NCBI RefSeq assembly: GCF_018977255.1
Contig: NW_024704772.1
Coordinates: forward strand, 2,976,001 to 3,040,000
Source: Callorhinchus milii
Lineage: Eukaryota
DNA length: 64,000 nucleotides
Reading direction: 5' to 3'
The translations under genes were made by a program, and so were the position numbers. Shown one piece after another: positions 59,401 through 64,000 of this stretch. The notes below the pieces were generated by a model that worked only from the letters and a program-made list of their open reading frames with translations, was not told the DNA's origin and did no database searches. Numbering within the stretch: the stretch's first letter is position 1; the number at the start of each line of letters is the position of its first letter.

Positions 59401-62400
59401 ACCCCCTCCCTGACAGTTACTTACCCTAGAATGCTCTGGTGCAGAGGCATGCTATGTGGGACAGAGCGCTGGTGGGCCCTGACACACCCCTTCAACATCT
59501 CCAGCTCCGGGCTCCAATACCGGGCAACCAACTGCAGCCAAAGAGAGTCAGTCAGTCAGTACAGCACCCGCACCTGGGAAAACACCCAAATGTCTGAAAA
59601 CCCCTATCTGGGTATCTTATTACTCTGTCCGCACACCATTCCCATGGGGTAACTGAGCACAACTTCCTAACCCCTTCCCCGACCGACCCACCCACCCCCC
59701 GACAGCTCATAATAATTTGCTCACTCAATCCACGACTGTGTGTGGGACACTGCTGTGCGCAATTAACTAGGAAAATTAACAGCTGTGTCAGTTTAAAAAA
59801 CACACATGCACTGCAACACGGGGGGTCAAATCCTTACCCTGTGGTACACTGCCTAGCACGTCGGAGAGACATCTCAAAGCCTTCACCCTACAGAATTGTC
59901 TGCTGAGTTTCGCTCGCAAAATACACAGTTACTAGTGTTTACAGTATATCCTGTGAAGCGCTGTGAGACGTCGCAACCAAAACGCAGCAGCCAATTGCAC
60001 ACAGAAGAGTCCCTCAAACAGTCGTGGATTGAGTGACCAAATTATTATTTTTTTTGGAGGGATTGTTACCTCCGGAAAAGTGACCCGCCAATCGACTAAC
60101 AACCGGGTTCCTACTTACTGCTGGCACCCCTCCCTCGCCAACCCACCCCCCACTTGAGGTTAGGCCTCCCGCTCTGTCTGACCGCTTGACTAACCTGTGT
60201 GTGAACGTGCTCTAGAGAGGGAGCTGGGCCACACAGCAAACACACCTCTAGTCCTGGGAGCAGCTGGAACGTCAGCAGTCTGTGAGGTACCTGGAATCAG
60301 AGGCTAAGACACTCAATGTTGGGGAAGTGCCATCACTTGGATGAGACATTAAACCAACAACAGCTTGTATTTATTTATACAGCGTCCTTCAAGCAAGTGA
60401 TGTCTCGGGGCACATATCTTACACTAAGATAATAATAATAATATTATTAACATTACCCGGGTCCTCTCACTTGGGAGACGAGTGCTCTAACCACAACGCT
60501 ACAGGACAACTTATAATACAATAATGCTAAGGTTTCAGAACAGCTTCCCTGCAGCTCCTGCGTCTAAACTAGCACGTGTTTTGGGTTACTCACGGTGGGG
60601 CTCCCGTGGGGCAGGTAGATAGGATAGTCTCGGGACGAGCTGGGGGGCAGAGATGCCACCAGCCAGGCCAACAGCATCACCTCCTGTGCTTCCAGCCGCC
60701 ACCACTTTGCCGTAGCCACCACCATCTTTCCCGCCACCATCAGGCACCCAAAGTGACTGTCGGCAGCGGCTACGAACGCATCTAGAGCTTCCTGAAACAG
60801 TCAAGAGGACACGGCTGACACAACAACAACAAACTTGCATTTACACAGTGCCCTTCACGTAGCGTCCCGGAGCGCTTGGCAGTGGCGGAGTCTGGCCCCG
60901 ATTCAGGGGGAGAGGAAGGGTAACCGTAAGCCCGAGCAAAAAGGAAGGTCTTTAGGCCGGATTTGAAGGTGGGGAGGGAGGGGACAAGGAGGAGGGATTG
61001 AGGGGGAGTGTCTCACGCACTCGGAAACCCATCACCATCATCGTGGAGTCCTGTAGCTCAGTGGTTAGAGCACTCGCTTTGCAACTGAGAGACCTGAGTT
61101 CAATTCCCGGCAGAGGGCGAAACCTTGGGCAAGTTTCCTTACTCCACACAGAGCCTAATAATAATCCCTCCAAAAAAGCTAAAAACAATAATTAAATTGG
61201 TCATTTTCAATCTATGACTGTTTGTGGGACATTGCTGTGCACAATTGGCTGCCGCATTCGCCCACAAATATACAGTCAATTCACTTTACAGTGTGTTCTG
61301 TGAAGCGCTCTGGACGTCGAGAAGACGTGAAAAGCGCTATATCCAATCTAAGGATTATTATTATTATTATCACCGTTGCTTCGGAGTCTCCAAACCCAAC
61401 TGAGAATTCCCCACATCCCAGAGATAGATTGTTGGAATACACGCGCTCTCTCTCCCTGGAGGGACGTCCCCTTCTTAGCTAATTCCAGAGAGTATTAGGC
61501 GCAGGTTGGCGAGAGCCAAGGCTGGGGGAGCCCAGAATGTGCGTTGGGAGTAACTGCTGGAGTTCAACCAGCTATAGCTTGTCCATTTGAGCGCGCTGTC
61601 TGGCCAAGCTTTCCCGCTGCTTGTCCAGTTAGGACCACCCTACCCGTTAGTTAGTGCTTTGGCTGCAGGGTTAACAGGAGCTGAGTGTGAGGATTCGCTT
61701 GAAGAAAGAAGAATAGTAAAAGTCTGAGGAATGAGATGATTAGACTCTGGTGACTCTTGTGGGGAGAATCGCCAGCGCAGAGCACCATCTTGCACTGACC
61801 TGCAGCCGCTCACTGTCTGTGACCAGCACACAGCCCACGCTCTGCGTCAGGTCTCCGACTCCCTCCGTGGCACTCAGGAAACCGTCGATGAGTTTGTAAC
61901 AGGACTAGAGAAGTAGCACAGAACTGCAGAGCTCAATACAGTGAACCGGAGCCCTCACTGTCGTAGCCAAGTCACAGACACTCCCAGACTGCAACCACAA
62001 CAACAAATTACACTTGTATAGCGCCCTTCTGGTCAGAAAGACGGCCCAGTGCCTGCAAGCACAGTACCTGCACCTAAATAATTAACTGATACAAGTTTAT
62101 CACATTCATATCGTGGGAGTCCTGTAGCTCAGTGGTTAGAGCTCTCGCCTCGCAAGCGAGAGGACCTGAGTTTGATTCCCAGCCAGGGCGAAATGTTGGG
62201 CAGGTTTCCTTACTGCACACACACCCGTTTAACCTAGTAGTAAATAGGAACCCGGTGGTCAGTCGATTGGCAGATCACTTTTCCAGGAATAATAATCCCT
62301 AAAAAAAAATACTAATTTGGTCACTCAATCCACCACTATTTGTGGGACTCCACTGTGCTCAATTGGCACAATCACACTCACCTCAGCTCACATTAGGTTC

Positions 62401-63257
62401 ACACTCACCTCAGCTCACACTCACCTCAGCTCACAGTAAGTTCAGACTCACCCCTGCTCACACTTACCTCAGCTCACACTTACCCTAAGATCTCGCTTCA
62501 GTCTCTCCACATTCTTGATGTTCACCAGGTCGTCTTGGCCGATCAGCAAAACCTGCCAACAAGGAGCAGTGGGTCAATGTCAACGTCGACCACAAAATAC
62601 CTCCCATTACTGAGATTCATCTCAAGTTGAGAAGGGGAGACTTACTGCTCTTGTTCAGCGATGGGACTTTACTTGACAACATCCACGATCAATGGTAAAA
62701 CATGCACAAGTCTGATCTGTATAATTCGTACAATCGCCTCAGTCTGGAACGCACGGCCTGAAAGGCTGGTGGAAACAGATTCGATAATAACTTTCAAAAG
62801 GGAATTGGATTGGTACTTGAAAAGGAAAAATTTGCGAGGATATGGGGAAAGAGCAGGGGAGTGGGACTGAATGGGTAGCTCTTCCAACTAGCACATAAGA
62901 TTGTAAGTCGTACATTGTAGCCCAAGTCCTGTTCGAGAGTTGATATTCATGCAAGTTTTGATGAAATAATAATAATAATAATCCTTCCATTTGATATAGC
63001 GCTTTTCACGTCGGGAGGACGTCCCAAAGCGCTTCACAGAACACACTGTAAAGTGAATTGACTGTAATATGCAAAGTATGTAACTCATACTTTGCATATT
63101 ACAGTAAATGTGTGGTCCCAATGATAAGGACTCGTGAGGTTTTCTGTAGTGCCTGCTAACGGACACACTCACCATGGAACTGAAGACATTATGCAGCAGG
63201 CGACTCAGGTAAAGATCGCTTGCGTCTACCTGGGAGGTCATAACGATCAGAGTGATG
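56425..63257 (-). CDS. FUZ: Fuzzy planar cell polarity protein (CPLANE subunit), exons 3-11; the 5' exons are outside the window
   Basis: Exons 63257-63173 (ITLIVMTSQ...VFSSM), 62552-62484 (VLLIGQDDLVNIKNVERLKRDLR), 61904-61800, 60791-60594 (...WWRL...SRDYPIYLPHGSPT), 60290-60195 (VPHRLLTFQLLPGLEVCLLCGPAPSL), 59531-59425, 58419-58340, 57778-57683 and 56627-56425 (...PTFALRHIATKTLTLL...*). They splice in frame and match FUZ motifs. Confidence 0.93.
57371..57646 (+). mobile_element. tRNA-derived SINE with an internal deletion
   Basis: Head GGAGTCCCTGTAGCTCAGTGGTTAG and an ATT tail. Confidence 0.82.
59110..59260 (+). mobile_element. Deu-domain SINE remnant (AmnSINE1/SacSINE1-like core)
   Basis: GCTGACACTCCAG...GAGGGAG...GATAAGACTTAAACCGAGGTCCTGTCTG...TCAGGTGGACGTTAAAGA matches my recollection of the Deu core. 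Related pieces lie at about 20700-20845 (+) and 36730-36810 (-). Confidence 0.6.
61045..61370 (+). mobile_element. tRNA-derived SINE in FUZ intron 5
   Basis: Complete head, body and tail. Further partial copies lie at about 2630-2805, 5110-5700, 6240-6500, 14655-14770, 15340-15855, 18020-18135, 21660-21835, 24170-24280, 33990-34230, 54230-54415, 56765-57035, 62117-62370, 62965-63065 and 63646-64000. Confidence 0.88.
62735..62890 (+). mobile_element. CR1 LINE 3' fragment (second subfamily)
   Basis: Encodes WNARPERLVETDSIITFKRELDWYL, a typical CR1 ORF2 C-terminus, followed by GAGCAGGGGAGTGGGACT. Confidence 0.7.
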
Positions 63258-64000
63258 CTGGAGAAGTGGGAGAACAAGGTGTTAGCACAGCTCCTTCAAC
63301 TGTCTACTGTCCGGCCTGACAACAATTCAACAACAACTTGCGTTTATAGAGCGCCCTTCGCATGGGATAGCGTCCCGGAGCGCTTGACGGTGGTGGAATC
63401 TGACCCTGAGCCAAGGGGAAGAGGCAAGTGGGGGGGGAGGTGACTGTAAGCATGATCGAAAAGGAAAGTCTTTAGGTAGGATTTTAAAGTAGGGTTGGGA
63501 GAGGGCAAGGCGGAGGGATTGATGGAGAGAGTTTTGGGGTTTAGTGAAAGGCGATCTAGAAATGTAATTTGTATGTTGTTGGTGTTCCTGGTTGGAATCG
63601 TGAGGGGTCGTTTCTGACAGTCCCAGAGAGGGGAAGGGGATGCGTGGAGTCCTGTAGCTCAGTGGTTAGAGCACTCGCCTTGTAAGCGAGACACCTGGGT
63701 TCAATTCCAGGCAGGGCGAAACCTTGGGCAAGTTTCTTTATCAAATGCAAGGATAATTATTATTATTATTTAATATAGCGCCTTACCACGTCATTGAGAC
63801 ATCTCAAAGCGCTTCACAGGATATGCTGCAAAGTGAATTGGCTTGTATATTTTGAGGGCGTAAAGTGGCAGCCAATTGCGCGCAGTAGCGTCACCACAAA
63901 CAATCGTGGATTGAGTGAGCGATTTTTTTTTAGGGATTATTACACCAGGAAAGCGATCCACTAAATGACTAACAACCGTGTTCCTACTTACTGCTAGTGA

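Noticed and set aside
61045-61115. tRNA-Ala-like gene (also at 11920-11986, 25262-25330, 38970-39037, 57371-57430, 62117-62185 and 63646-63715)
   Set aside because: Each continues into the same SINE body, has an imperfect acceptor stem and has no poly-T terminator. These are SINE heads, not tRNA genes.

Overview
Vertebrate genomic DNA, not prokaryotic. It is GC-rich, rich in microsatellites and has 5 assembly gaps. The SINE/LINE complement and the LH-beta sequence suggest a cartilaginous fish, probably a holocephalan (inference). The gene set largely matches human 19q13.33. From left to right: the 3' half of SLC17A7/VGLUT1 (+); an intronless 740-aa C1orf94/DUF4688-like ORF (-); complete RUVBL2 (+, 15 exons); LHB (-, tail-to-tail with RUVBL2); a 5-exon SAXO3-like gene with an RFX/FOXJ1-type promoter (-); complete SNRNP70/U1-70K (-) with a recognisable poison exon 7a; and exons 3-11 of FUZ (-). 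I read exon boundaries by hand from GT-AG sites and frame continuity. Gene identities come from recalled protein similarity, not database searches. Most short ORFs in the supplied track are artefacts of repeats or antisense reading. The most notable observations are the intronless C1orf94-like gene, tandem amplifications of splice signals in three genes, an overlapping bidirectional poly(A) hexamer between RUVBL2 and LHB, the U1-70K poison exon inside an intron that lacks the young SINE, and SF-1/PITX1 site clusters upstream of LHB.
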